A stretch of DNA of 64,000 nucleotides from contig CAVVPN010000003.1 of assembly GCA_963750165.1 (NCBI GenBank), positions 1,984,001 through 2,048,000 of the forward strand. The letters run 5' to 3'. Each line of letters starts with the position of its first letter. Position 1 is the first letter of the stretch. This stretch comes from an uncultured Gemmataceae bacterium. GTDB taxonomy: Bacteria; Planctomycetota; Planctomycetia; Gemmatales; Gemmataceae. This document shows, piece by piece, positions 11,153 to 20,421 of this stretch. The notes beneath the pieces are model-generated. The model was given only the letters and a program-made list of their open reading frames with translations. It had not been told where the DNA came from and searched no databases. The position numbers and the translations under genes were made by a program.

Positions 11153-11908
11153 TCAAGCCTGTCCAGGAACATCGGGTTTGGTCGCGATTAACCGCTGGAT
11201 CCTGGAAAGTTTGCCGAGTACAAACAAGACATTCGCCAGGGTCTGTTCCTGTCCCTGGCCACCCATCGTTTGCATGATCAGATCGCCTGACCCGAGGCCG
11301 ATGACCCAGTGACGAAAGAGGTCGTCTTGCCGTTTCTGAAAGACCATGTTATCGGTGTCATAACTCTTATCCACGATACCCCCAAAGTATTCATGCGTGA
11401 CCTGCCCCGGCCGAAATCTCCAGAAGCTCATATGGTCAATGACAAAAACGCTGACGAGCCAGGTCACACAAAGCACTGTGGAAGAGAAGAGGTAAAAGCC
11501 AAGGCTCAGGCAAATCGATTGGTTGCCGAGCCAGCTCAGTATTGTTCCCCACCAATCCAGGTGGACGAACAAGAGGGTGAAGAAAGCCAGGCCGGCGAGG
11601 ATTAGTGCCGCTTTCATGCCGCGAACGCGGGCACTCGTAACCACGATCAGCAAGAGGAAAAGCAAGGTGTAAATCACCCCCAGGTCTTTGCTGGGATTGA
11701 ACAACTCCGGCTTGCCGCCGATAATCACCTGTTCAGAGTGCAGCCAGCTCAGCAAAGCCATGACGTACCCCACCACCCAGAGCGGCCACCAGTAGAACAA
11801 CGCGGAATGGCCGTAGACGATCACCTGGAGGACTTTCGCGGGCTGGTCGACTTCCGCCCGATCGGGATGGCTCGAATGGCCGGGTGCCTGCTGTATGTGA
11901 GTGGACAT
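11153..11908 (-). CDS. Hypothetical membrane protein (about 4 TM)
   Basis: VYGHSALFYWWPLW, hydrophobic segments, DDLFRHWVIGLGSGDL; start chosen from the upstream AGGAG. Confidence 0.7.
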   Translation of the reverse strand: MSTHIQQAPGHSSHPDRAEVDQPAKVLQVIVYGHSALFYWWPLWVVGYVMALLSWLHSEQVIIGGKPELFNPSKDLGVIYTLLFLLLIVVTSARVRGMKAALILAGLAFFTLLFVHLDWWGTILSWLGNQSICLSLGFYLFSSTVLCVTWLVSVFVIDHMSFWRFRPGQVTHEYFGGIVDKSYDTDNMVFQKRQDDLFRHWVIGLGSGDLIMQTMGGQGQEQTLANVLFVLGKLSRIQRLIATKPDVPGQA

Positions 11909-11938
11909 CGTAAAGATCTCCTGAACATTGGATATGTA

Positions 11939-12003
11939 CCCGTAGGACGGATTTGCAATCTGTCCGCACTGAACTCGGACGGATTGCAAATCCGTCCTAC
12001 GGG
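11939..12003. repeat. REP/REPIN-like inverted pair (GTAG type)
   Basis: 28 bp arms cccgtaggacggatttgcaatctgtccg and cggacggattgcaaatccgtcctacggg with one mismatch; each arm is itself palindromic. Confidence 0.8.
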
Positions 12004-12053
12004 GAAACCAGCTTCTGCAGCCCGCCTTTCCTGGGTATCTCCCTGGCTTCCCG

Positions 12054-12632
12054 TTACACGCCGACGGCGGCCTGTTCGGCATGAACCGTGGTCGTCTTCG
12101 CTCGCGTCTGACGCAGCAGGTCCCTAGCCCGTTCCACCTCGTCGGCCGTTCCGTGGGCGACCAGGAGGAGTTTGCCGTTCTTGACCTCGGTCTCGTATTG
12201 CAGGACACTGTTCTTCGGAATGCCGATACTGGCCAGCGCGGCGCCGAGGGCGCTGACCCCGCCCACGACGGCGGCGCCTTCGAGGGCGCCGACGAACCAG
12301 GCCACCATGGGTCCCGCCACGAGCAGCGGACCAATGCCCGGCACCCAGAAGAACGCGGAGCCGAACAGCAGCCCCCAGAAGCCGCCCCAGAACGCCCCCA
12401 CCTTGCCCCAGTACAGCATGCGATCGCCGGTAGTGTAGTAGCCCACGACGTGTTCTTCCGTGTGGTAATCCTTGCCGACGATCGACAGCCTTTTCATGTC
12501 GAAGCCGTCCCTCTGAAGTTCGCGGATGGCTTCTTCAGCCCGGTCGTGCGATTCAAAGACGGCGACGACGGAGTTCGTGTTGGACATCATCTGATTCCTT
12601 GCCTTTCGTTGCAGAGCGATATGGTTCCTCAA
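12054..12632 (-). CDS. General stress protein (YflT/DUF1269-like), copy 1
   Basis: SVVAVFESHDRAEEAIRELQ, TEEHVVGYY, WGGFWGLLFGSAFF; close paralogue at 25489-26067. Confidence 0.85.
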   Translation of the reverse strand: MRNHIALQRKARNQMMSNTNSVVAVFESHDRAEEAIRELQRDGFDMKRLSIVGKDYHTEEHVVGYYTTGDRMLYWGKVGAFWGGFWGLLFGSAFFWVPGIGPLLVAGPMVAWFVGALEGAAVVGGVSALGAALASIGIPKNSVLQYETEVKNGKLLLVAHGTADEVERARDLLRQTRAKTTTVHAEQAAVGV

Positions 12633-12634
12633 GC

Positions 12635-13138
12635 TCAGCGCTCGTCCCAGCCGGCGAGAACGCGTTCGATCTCCTCCTTGTGCCGCGTCTCATCCGCGAC
12701 CTGGTTTTCCAGGCTCACCTTCAGGCCGACGTCCCCGATGGCATCCGCCTGACGCAGCCGCTGGTCGTAGTCCGCGATCGCTTGTTTCTCGGCGGCGAGC
12801 GCGTGCTCCAGCATTTCCCTCGGCTGCTCGGCGGGGGGGACCGGGCGCGGTTGGGTCGTCGGTTCGCCTCCGAGGGCGGCGATCTTGTCCGCCAGGAACT
12901 GAGCATGTCCCTGCTCATCGACAATCTCGGCCTGGAAGAGGGCGCGCAGTTCCCTGCGGTACGGCCCCGTCAGCTTGGCCGAGTATTGGATGTACATCAC
13001 GATGGCCTGGTATTCGCCGGCCAGGTCGTGGTTGAGGCCCTCGATAAGGGCCTTGCGATCCGCTCCTGGCGGGGTCGGCTTGTTATTCCCCGCGACGCGG
13101 GTGTTCGGCTCGCCTTTTGTCGGTGTTCCTACAGACAT
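12635..13138 (-). CDS. Ferritin/bacterioferritin-like di-iron protein
   Basis: LNHDLAGEYQAIVMY, DEQGHA, AEKQAI and DETRH metal-ligand pattern. Confidence 0.85.
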   Translation of the reverse strand: MSVGTPTKGEPNTRVAGNNKPTPPGADRKALIEGLNHDLAGEYQAIVMYIQYSAKLTGPYRRELRALFQAEIVDEQGHAQFLADKIAALGGEPTTQPRPVPPAEQPREMLEHALAAEKQAIADYDQRLRQADAIGDVGLKVSLENQVADETRHKEEIERVLAGWDER

Positions 13139-13254
13139 GGTTCGGACCTCCTCGTGGTTGTTGATCTTCTCGACACGCGAATTACGTGCCGGGCATGAGC
13201 ATCCTACCCGCCGTTTCCTTCACCGTTGCACGATCTCCTCACCCATCGCGAACG

Positions 13255-13423
13255 AAAAAAAAGCCGGCGTGGACGAACACCCTTGGTATTCGTCCACGCC
13301 GGCTTACTCGTCTAATGGGCCCCCCTGGCATGGCAGGGTTGCCCTTTAGTTAGTCTTCCGACGACTTCATAATGAAGTCTGTAGCGGAGCCGGTTGAAAG
13401 TTCACCAAGGCCCCGCAGTTTTT
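13255..13423 (-). ncRNA. Putative cis-regulatory leader RNA with intrinsic terminator, copy 1
   Basis: 17 bp perfect stem (13261-13277/13289-13305) plus U8 on the minus strand; upstream sequence conserved in three copies. Confidence 0.7.
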
Positions 13424-13451
13424 AATATACGCCTCTGACCAGGGAATGCAA
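13424..13451 (-). promoter_or_regulatory. sigma70-like promoter of leader copy 1
   Basis: TTGCAT-16 bp-TATATT; same position in all three copies. Confidence 0.6.
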
Positions 13452-13529
13452 GGGGCAGCCGGGATCGCTACGCCGACAGCGTGCCGCCGGGCCGCAGCAG
13501 GGGTGCCTACTCCGGGTCATAGACGCGGT

Positions 13530-13885
13530 AGGCGAGCAGTTTCACCTGGTCGTTCACCAGGAATCAGGCCCGGGCATACCCCCACACCAGCAGCGTCCAC
13601 TTCCAGCCTATTGGCGTCATCAGGTCCAGCACCCGATACACCGCGATCAGGGTCGCCAGAACCTGCGTGCCGACCCCCGCCACAAACAGGATGGGCGCCG
13701 GTGGAATCGACCAGAACGGGCCGCGAGTGTGCGTGACGAAGATGGTAATGCGCCCGGCGACCGACAGTTTCAAGTACATGAAGGTCAGGAGTGTCTCCCG
13801 GTCGAGGTGCAAAACGCGCTCCCCCAGGTAGAAGAGGCCAAACAAAACGAACACACCAGTGATGCCGAGGACGGTCGCCAGCCCT
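13530..13885 (-). pseudogene. C-terminal fragment of a P-type H+-ATPase
   Basis: TFMYLKLSVAGRITIFVTHTRGPFWS...TQVLATLIAVY...MTPIGW; no catalytic domains remain. Confidence 0.75.
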
Positions 13886-13889
13886 AGTC

Positions 13890-14597
13890 TCAGCCGCCGC
13901 TGGCTTCCTTGACCGCCAGGACGACCTCGACCGGGACCCAGATGCTACGGTGCTCTTGGTTGACGACTCGGAACCCCGCCGCTTCGAGTGCCCGGGCGAT
14001 GAAGATGGGCCGGCAGTCCACGAAGTTGGGGAAGTGCTTGTGCGTCCACTCGTAAAGGTGGAAGATCATGCCGTGCCCCTGCTCCTTCGACATGCCGACG
14101 ACCGCGATAGGGCCGCCCGGCCGGAGCACGCGCTTGCACTCCGCCAGGACGAGCGGGATCTCCGGGGTGTCGAACAGTTCCAGGGTAAAGCTCATGAAGA
14201 TCGCGTCGAGCGTCCCGGCGGGGTAGGGCAGGTGCAGAGCGTCGCCACACGTCAACTCGGCCCGGCCGCTCAGCCCGGCCTTTTGCAGGTTCTCGTCGGC
14301 GTGCTGGCGCATGGCGTCGGAGAGGTCGATGCCGTACACCTTGCCGGCCGGTCCGACCGCCTGGCCCAGGGCCACCAGGCAGTGGCCGGTGCCGAAGCCG
14401 ATCTCCAGCACCTTCTGGCCTGGCCGGACCGCGAGCAGATCGAGCCCGGCCTGGCGGGCCGGCGCCTCGCTGTGGTCGGCCATCAGGTCATAAATCCGCG
14501 CGATGCGGTCGTAATACTTCCTCGTCTCTTCCCGCGAGTTGAAGACGCGCAAGACGGCCGGCTCGACCGGGTCTTGGATCGATGCTTCTGTTGACAT
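13890..14597 (-). CDS. Class I SAM-dependent methyltransferase (UbiE/MenG-like)
   Basis: VLEIGFGTG, GIDLSDAM, GDALHLPY, RVLRPGG. Confidence 0.9.
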   Translation of the reverse strand: MSTEASIQDPVEPAVLRVFNSREETRKYYDRIARIYDLMADHSEAPARQAGLDLLAVRPGQKVLEIGFGTGHCLVALGQAVGPAGKVYGIDLSDAMRQHADENLQKAGLSGRAELTCGDALHLPYPAGTLDAIFMSFTLELFDTPEIPLVLAECKRVLRPGGPIAVVGMSKEQGHGMIFHLYEWTHKHFPNFVDCRPIFIARALEAAGFRVVNQEHRSIWVPVEVVLAVKEASGG

Positions 14598-14646
14598 GGA
14601 CTTGCCCTCGAAACACGCATTCCGGGCGAACACCCGAGTTGTTAGC

Positions 14647-16869
14647 TCACCGCTTCTGCGACGGGCGAGACAGTTTTTGCAGTTGCCTCTCCAGTTCGTC
14701 CCATTTGTGCTCCAGCTGCTGAAAGCGTTGATCGAAGTCGCTCGCGGGTGGCGAGGCCACCCTGGGTTCCGGCGGGCCGAACGCGCGTATGTAAGCAATC
14801 AGGTCACGAGCCTGGTCTGTGCTAAGCCGACCGCGGAAGGATGGCATGAATACCCCCTTGCCATCCAGGATGCTGGCCAGCAACTGCGGATCAGCCTGCC
14901 TTTCCTGCCAGGCGCGCTCGGTGAAATCGGGGATGGGGGGCATGCTGGGCCGCATCGCCGTGCCTCGCCCGTCGGGACCGTGGCAAGTTATGCAGTACTG
15001 CCGGAAAAGCCCCGTCGCCACGCGCAGTCTCGCTTCGACCTCGGCCGATGGTGTCGCCGGGCCCGATCGCGGGGTACGAATCTTCGGGCCCGGAATGACC
15101 GCCGGGTGTGCCGGCCCTGGCGGGATCGGATGGTGTTGTGGCTCCAGGGTAACCACATGCTTCCCCCCACGGAACGCCCTCACGTATGCGACCATTTGCT
15201 GCGCCTCGGTCTCGGGGACCTTGTCTTTCATGGGCAGCATGAACTTCCCTTTTCCATCCAGGATTGAGTGGCGGAGTTCGGCATCCGTGCGGGACTCCTG
15301 CCATTTGGCCCTGGTAAAATCCGGGATTTCGGCCATCGCCTTACGCACCGTTTCACCACGCCCGTCCGCGTCATGGCACGCCAGGCAGTAAGCGCGGTAG
15401 ATTTGGACCGGGGTCATTTGGGACGCGGCCGGAGCGGGCGGTGGTTGTTTCGGCTTCGGACCGATCGGCGCACTTGGGTGGACCGCAAATGCCCGGACGT
15501 ACACCGCCAGGCCGAGAATCTCTTGCCTGGAAAGCTTGTCCCGATACGCAGGCATCAACGGCTCTTTCCCGGAGAGGATTTGGTGAGTGATCTCGAGATC
15601 GGTCTGCGACATTTGCCAGGCAAGGCTGGTAAAGTTCGGAATGGTCGGCATTCCTTTGCGAACCTGGTTTGCCGTGCCATCCACCCCGTGGCATGCGGCA
15701 CAGTTGGTATTGAAAACCCTGGCAATGTCCAGCTTCTGAACCGGTCCGGCCGGTTCAGCGGGCAAAGTCTTGGCGGCAGCGGAGGCCGGCTCCTCCATCC
15801 GCACGTCGGTAGTAATGGCGAAAATCGTCAGGCCCACCAATCCAACCGTTCCGAAGCCCAGAAGGGTCATGGCCAGCGGCCGGCGGCGCGGGTCACAGTG
15901 CGGATTGCGGTCCATGAGTGGCCAGAAAAACAGTAGCAAAAAGAAGACGGCAGGCAGCACGAAGGTGCCCACAATTTCGTAGGGTCCTTCAAAATACCGC
16001 AGGAGCCGGAAAAGGAACATGAAGTACCACTCTGGACGTGCCTCGTAGGGCTGGGCGGGGTCGGCCCTGGCCGCCAGGGGAGCTGGCCGATAGTAGCACC
16101 ACACTCCCAGCCCGACCAGAAGGACAAGAGCGAGCACGCCATCTTTCCACGCCTGGCACGGCCAGAATGGCTCAGCCTCCGCTTCGAGTTGGCCGTGGGA
16201 TTCCCACCAAGGAGGAGTAACACCGTGCAGGCGGAACAGATAGAGATGCACCACCACGAGCAGAATTAGGAGGCCAGGGAGTATAAAGGCATGCAGACTG
16301 AAAAACCGAGTCAGAGTCAGGTTGCCCATCTCGGGCCCGCCTTGCAGGAACGTGTGCAGGCCATCCCCGATGACCGGCACCGTGCTGACTATGTCCAGCC
16401 CCACCTTCGACGCCCAGTACGCCTTCTGATCCCAGGGCAACAGGTAACCCGTAAAGGCAAGTCCGAGGGTGCAGAAGAGCAACACCACGCCAACCATCCA
16501 GGTAAGCTCGCGGGGGCGCTTGCAGGCGCCCCAGACGAACACCTGCACCATGTGAAACAGCAACAGGATCACCATGGCGCTGGCACCCCAGTGGTGCAGA
16601 GCCCGGATAAACCAGCCGAAGGGTACATCTTCCTGGATGAACTTCACACTCGGGTAAGCAGTTTCCACCGACGGAGCATAGTTCATCGTCATCAGAATGC
16701 CCGTGATCACTTGGAGCGCGATCGTGAACAAGAGGAGGCTGCCGAAAGCTGCGGCCCAGCGCGAGCCTCCCGGAAGGGGTTCAAGGAGCAGTGCGCGTTT
16801 CAGCCAACTCCATGAGGTTCGCGATTCCCAGAATCCAGGTGCTTTCTGCTGGACAGGTCCTGTACTCAT
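14647..16869 (-). CDS. Cytochrome b (bc complex) fused to three c-type heme domains
   Basis: RALHHWGAS, TGYLLPWDQKAYW and PEWYF, then CAACH, CLACH and CITCH. Confidence 0.9.
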   Translation of the reverse strand: MSTGPVQQKAPGFWESRTSWSWLKRALLLEPLPGGSRWAAAFGSLLLFTIALQVITGILMTMNYAPSVETAYPSVKFIQEDVPFGWFIRALHHWGASAMVILLLFHMVQVFVWGACKRPRELTWMVGVVLLFCTLGLAFTGYLLPWDQKAYWASKVGLDIVSTVPVIGDGLHTFLQGGPEMGNLTLTRFFSLHAFILPGLLILLVVVHLYLFRLHGVTPPWWESHGQLEAEAEPFWPCQAWKDGVLALVLLVGLGVWCYYRPAPLAARADPAQPYEARPEWYFMFLFRLLRYFEGPYEIVGTFVLPAVFFLLLFFWPLMDRNPHCDPRRRPLAMTLLGFGTVGLVGLTIFAITTDVRMEEPASAAAKTLPAEPAGPVQKLDIARVFNTNCAACHGVDGTANQVRKGMPTIPNFTSLAWQMSQTDLEITHQILSGKEPLMPAYRDKLSRQEILGLAVYVRAFAVHPSAPIGPKPKQPPPAPAASQMTPVQIYRAYCLACHDADGRGETVRKAMAEIPDFTRAKWQESRTDAELRHSILDGKGKFMLPMKDKVPETEAQQMVAYVRAFRGGKHVVTLEPQHHPIPPGPAHPAVIPGPKIRTPRSGPATPSAEVEARLRVATGLFRQYCITCHGPDGRGTAMRPSMPPIPDFTERAWQERQADPQLLASILDGKGVFMPSFRGRLSTDQARDLIAYIRAFGPPEPRVASPPASDFDQRFQQLEHKWDELERQLQKLSRPSQKR

Positions 16870-16890
16870 AGCTTCCCCCTCTCGCAAGCA

Positions 16891-17427
16891 TCAAACCTCA
16901 ACGGGGATACGCCGGGCCACGCCGATCTTGAAGTCTTCCCATTTGACCCACAATTGACCATCGTGAATCTCGTAAGGCAGCGGGTCCATCGAGCGGGGCG
17001 GCGGCCCGGCGATATGCTGTCCCTTGGCGTCAAAGGTACCCCCGTGACAGGGGCAAATAAACTCTTTCACGTCGGGGTGCCAGTTGACCGGGCATCCCAG
17101 GTGAGGACATATCGGTGACAGCACGGTCAACTCTGCATCGGAATTGCCGTCCCTCCGTACCCAGACCGCGTGTCGTTGGCGGGCTTTTTCCCAGCCGTCC
17201 TCGCGAACCACTTCCAGCGACAGGAGCCGCCATTCACCGACCGAGAGGTCGTTGATGGGCCCTAATTCCACGTAAGCTGTCCCCCCGCTGCCGCCGCGCC
17301 GCTTTCTCAAGAAGGGGGCACTCATGTAGCCGAAGACCGGAATTGCCAGCAGCAGGCCGATAACTGCCAACAGTGCATCTGTGCATAGACGCAGGAAACG
17401 CCTGCGATTCGTTGTCGAGTCTGCCAT
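16891..17427 (-). CDS. Rieske 2Fe-2S subunit
   Basis: Tat-like RRRFL plus TM helix, CPHLGC and CPCHG. Confidence 0.92.
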   Translation of the reverse strand: MADSTTNRRRFLRLCTDALLAVIGLLLAIPVFGYMSAPFLRKRRGGSGGTAYVELGPINDLSVGEWRLLSLEVVREDGWEKARQRHAVWVRRDGNSDAELTVLSPICPHLGCPVNWHPDVKEFICPCHGGTFDAKGQHIAGPPPRSMDPLPYEIHDGQLWVKWEDFKIGVARRIPVEV

Positions 17428-17492
17428 GAAGTTGTACCCTCCGATTGCCGAGAGCTGTTTTGCCTGGAGCGGCGGAGCCTGGCCGAGTGGGC

Positions 17493-17822
17493 TCACTGCC
17501 AGACCACCGGCGGAATTTGGGCCAGCGCTGGGGCAATCTGGTCCGCTGCCGTAAGCCGCTCGGCAGGAAAGCTGGTGGTCAAGGCCAGGCAACGGCAACC
17601 GGCCGCCTTTGCCGCCTCCACCCCGGCGACAGTATCCTCGACGACCAGGCAGTCGGCCGGGGGGAGCCCCGGCCGCTGTGCCGCCGTCGGGAACAGGTCG
17701 GGATGCGGCTTTTTACGGTGGACGTCACACTTGATGCCTTCACCTTCAAGGACATTCTTGAGGATCTCCGCTTCGGCGGGGTTGGTGGTTGTCTGAATCT
17801 CCACAGGCTCGTTCATGTCCAC
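17493..17822 (-). pseudogene. Chimera of a DUF2007 N-terminus and a HAD phosphatase C-terminus
   Basis: NPAEAEILKNVLEGEGIKC joined to KKPHPDLF...CLVVEDTVAGVEAAKAAG; the HAD DxD motif I is absent. Confidence 0.65.
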
Positions 17823-18007
17823 GAATCAGTCTCCTTTTCGGGATGGATCGTATTCGCCACGTTCCCGAGCGCGACTGGCGACCTCGCCTTTTCGCTGCAA
17901 CACGTTCTCTCCAGAATCCTTGCGGCGCAGAGAAAAAGCGAGGTCGCCAGTTCGCCATGTGCCGGGTGACTCTGCCGGGCTCTGATTGACCATGCGACAA
18001 AGTCATC

Positions 18008-19228
18008 TTAGTGATGCAGAAGCGCATCTTCGTGCATGCTCTCGCTGGCGTGGTCCTCGTGCTGCGGGGGACCATCGTCTGGACCTTCGAGATCGACCTT
18101 CAGGTTCAAGAAACGAAGCAAGTCCTTGAGGCAGACGATCCCCACCAGCCGCCCACCTTCGTTGACGAGCAGGCGGCTGGAGCTGGTCTGCTGCATCTTG
18201 CTCAAGGCCTCCATCGCGTCGGCGTCTGGGGCGATGGTGACGGCCCCGAGGTCAGACGACATCACCTCGCCGACGGAGCGGTGGGCCCACTCGTCGCGGG
18301 GAATTTGCAGGATGGCCTGAGTCGTGACAACGCCCTCCAGCCGTCCGTTTGCAACCACGGGGAACGCGCGGTGGTGGTAGCGATAGACGTAGCCCTCGAC
18401 CCATTGAAGCAGGTCCAGCGACGGTGAGACGACAATCGGGTCGGGGTTCATGAACCGGCGCACCGGCTCGCCCTCGAGAGCCTGCCGGATCAGCACCTGC
18501 TGGTAGCCACTCTTGGCCGCTCCGTTCAGGAACATCCCGATCAGGACGCTCCAGATTCCGCCCACCCAGTTGTGGGAGAAAAACTGGATCACGCCCCAGC
18601 CGATCAGCACCCAGGCGAAGACCTGGCCGGCGTTGGAGGCCCAGCGCGTCGCCCGCCGCACGTTGCCGGTTGCGCCCCAGAGGATCGAGCGCAGCACGCG
18701 GCCCCCGTCGAGCGGGAAGGCGGGAACCATGTTGAAGACGAGCACCACCGCGTTGATGGTGGCCAGGTAGCCGAGGACGATCACGACAGGATGCGGCCAG
18801 TTGCCGTGGTAACCAACCTCGGCCACGACCCAGAAAACAACGGCCAGGACGGCACTGACGAGGGGACCCGCGATGGCCATGAGGAACTCAGTCCCGGCGG
18901 ACTTGGGCTCTTCACCAAGCTCGGAAACCCCGCCGAACAGAAAGAGAGTGATGCCGCTGATAGGCATCCCGCGGGACCGGGCCACGAGGGCATGTCCGAA
19001 CTCGTGCAAGACGATGCAGGTGAAGAAGGCCAGTGCCGTTATCAGGCCCATGATCCAGTAATCGGCCTGCGCCAGTTGCTGCGTGTCCCCGGGGAAGTAT
19101 TCGTGCAGGATGACCGGGAAGCCCTCGGCAAAGCTCAGCGTGAGCAGGGCGAGGATCAGCAACCAGCTCACGTCCACGCTGACCGGAATTCCCAGAAGGC
19201 GAAACAACCGCCAACGCATGCCAAACAT
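18008..19228 (-). CDS. Site-2 protease (M50) with CBS domain pair
   Basis: HEFGH, AIAGP, NMVPAFPLDGGR, C-terminal CBS repeats. Confidence 0.92.
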   Translation of the reverse strand: MFGMRWRLFRLLGIPVSVDVSWLLILALLTLSFAEGFPVILHEYFPGDTQQLAQADYWIMGLITALAFFTCIVLHEFGHALVARSRGMPISGITLFLFGGVSELGEEPKSAGTEFLMAIAGPLVSAVLAVVFWVVAEVGYHGNWPHPVVIVLGYLATINAVVLVFNMVPAFPLDGGRVLRSILWGATGNVRRATRWASNAGQVFAWVLIGWGVIQFFSHNWVGGIWSVLIGMFLNGAAKSGYQQVLIRQALEGEPVRRFMNPDPIVVSPSLDLLQWVEGYVYRYHHRAFPVVANGRLEGVVTTQAILQIPRDEWAHRSVGEVMSSDLGAVTIAPDADAMEALSKMQQTSSSRLLVNEGGRLVGIVCLKDLLRFLNLKVDLEGPDDGPPQHEDHASESMHEDALLHH

Positions 19229-19398
19229 AAGTTCCCTCCAATCACCCAAGCTCAGCAGTGGCGGCCTGCTGCGCCGAAACTTGCGAGAGCCAATGAAGCG
19301 GCCCCCGTCTGCTTTATCGATTGGTTCAGCGAGGCAGACTTGGATGCACCGAGGTCAGAGTACCGAGCCCGGTGGCCCGTCTTTGATTTTCCCAATCC

Positions 19399-19617
19399 TC
19401 AGGGAGCTTTGTCCACCGGCCGCCGCGATTTAGGCGGCGGGTAAACGGCCCTGGCGATCGTGGCTGAGAGCCACCCGAGCACCCATCCAAGGAAGAGCAA
19501 GAGGAAGGTGTGCGCAGTGTCTTTGCTGGCTACGGACGCAACACCCGCCAGGATGATAGCCCATACAACTGCACAGCCGATGCTGTATGCCGCGTAGGTA
19601 TTGAACGACAGTTTCAT
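19399..19617 (-). CDS. Small two-TM hypothetical protein
   Basis: MKLSFNTYAAYSIGCAVVWAIILA...GWLSATIARAVYPPP; GGAGG upstream. Confidence 0.6.
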   Translation of the reverse strand: MKLSFNTYAAYSIGCAVVWAIILAGVASVASKDTAHTFLLLFLGWVLGWLSATIARAVYPPPKSRRPVDKAP

Positions 19618-19725
19618 TCCATCATCCTCCTTCACCAAGCCGCCGAAGATGTGATCTGATCCGGCCTCAGCCTCTCCTGCCGTCACAGGTGATGGCGATC
19701 TCGTAGGCCAGCATCGGCAGAATGG

Positions 19726-20307
19726 TTAGCTCCGTTTCGGGCCAGGAGACGTCTTGCCTCCAAACCACCGGCCCAGGCGAGACGACAAGCTGAAGAACGG
19801 AGCCGCCGCCTTCGCATCAATTGCCTTGAGGCTGCGAGCAGCTTGCTTGCGAACGGCTCCGTGCTCGTCGCTCAGCAATTCGCTCAGTGCCGAGAACGCC
19901 GCATTTGCGTCCGGACCGAAGCAGCCCAGGGCTTCGGCGGCATTCCGGCGCACGTCTTCTTCTTTATCCTTCAGCGCGTTCGCGAGAGCAGGGACGACGG
20001 CGTTCGCATCCCGCGCGATTTGTCCGAGGGCCGTGGCCGCGTTACCGCGGAGGTATTTATCCTCATCCCGGAGGGCAGCAATCAGGGCCGATGTCGCGGT
20101 CGCCGCTGCCGGCCCGATGGTCCCCAGCGCGACGACCGCTTGATTGCGGACTTGCCATTCCGACGTCTTCAGCAGCTCCATCACGCTTGGGACCGCGGCC
20201 ACGCCGATGCGAGCCAACGCCTGGATCGCTCGCTGTCGCGCTGTTCTGTCCTCGTTCGCCAGCTCCTTCATCCAGTATTCCTTTTTCCCCAGATCCTCAG
20301 CGGACAT
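19726..20307 (-). CDS. HEAT-repeat (PBS lyase-like) protein
   Basis: Repeated LxDxxxxVRxxAAxALG units. Confidence 0.85.
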   Translation of the reverse strand: MSAEDLGKKEYWMKELANEDRTARQRAIQALARIGVAAVPSVMELLKTSEWQVRNQAVVALGTIGPAAATATSALIAALRDEDKYLRGNAATALGQIARDANAVVPALANALKDKEEDVRRNAAEALGCFGPDANAAFSALSELLSDEHGAVRKQAARSLKAIDAKAAAPFFSLSSRLGRWFGGKTSPGPKRS

Positions 20308-20421
20308 GATGAGGTCCTCCCTTCTCAGTGGTTGCTTTTCTTTAGCCGGAAGTCACATGCTTGCTTTCTGCATTGGGCAGCGGAGTTACTCGCTCGGCGG
20401 CCCCCTTGGTCCGGGCCACGT

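Noticed and set aside
13255..13305. Treating the hairpins as ordinary end-of-gene terminators or IS ends
   Set aside because: The U-tract orientation places them upstream of co-oriented genes and downstream of a conserved promoter. No target duplication or transposase is present.
13255..13423. Calling the leader a c-di-GMP-I or cobalamin riboswitch
   Set aside because: GGGCAACC resembles the c-di-GMP-I motif, but the GNRA tetraloop and receptor are missing and copy 3 does not keep it. The cobalamin-like blocks lack a clear canonical core and the gene context does not fit. It needs cmscan.
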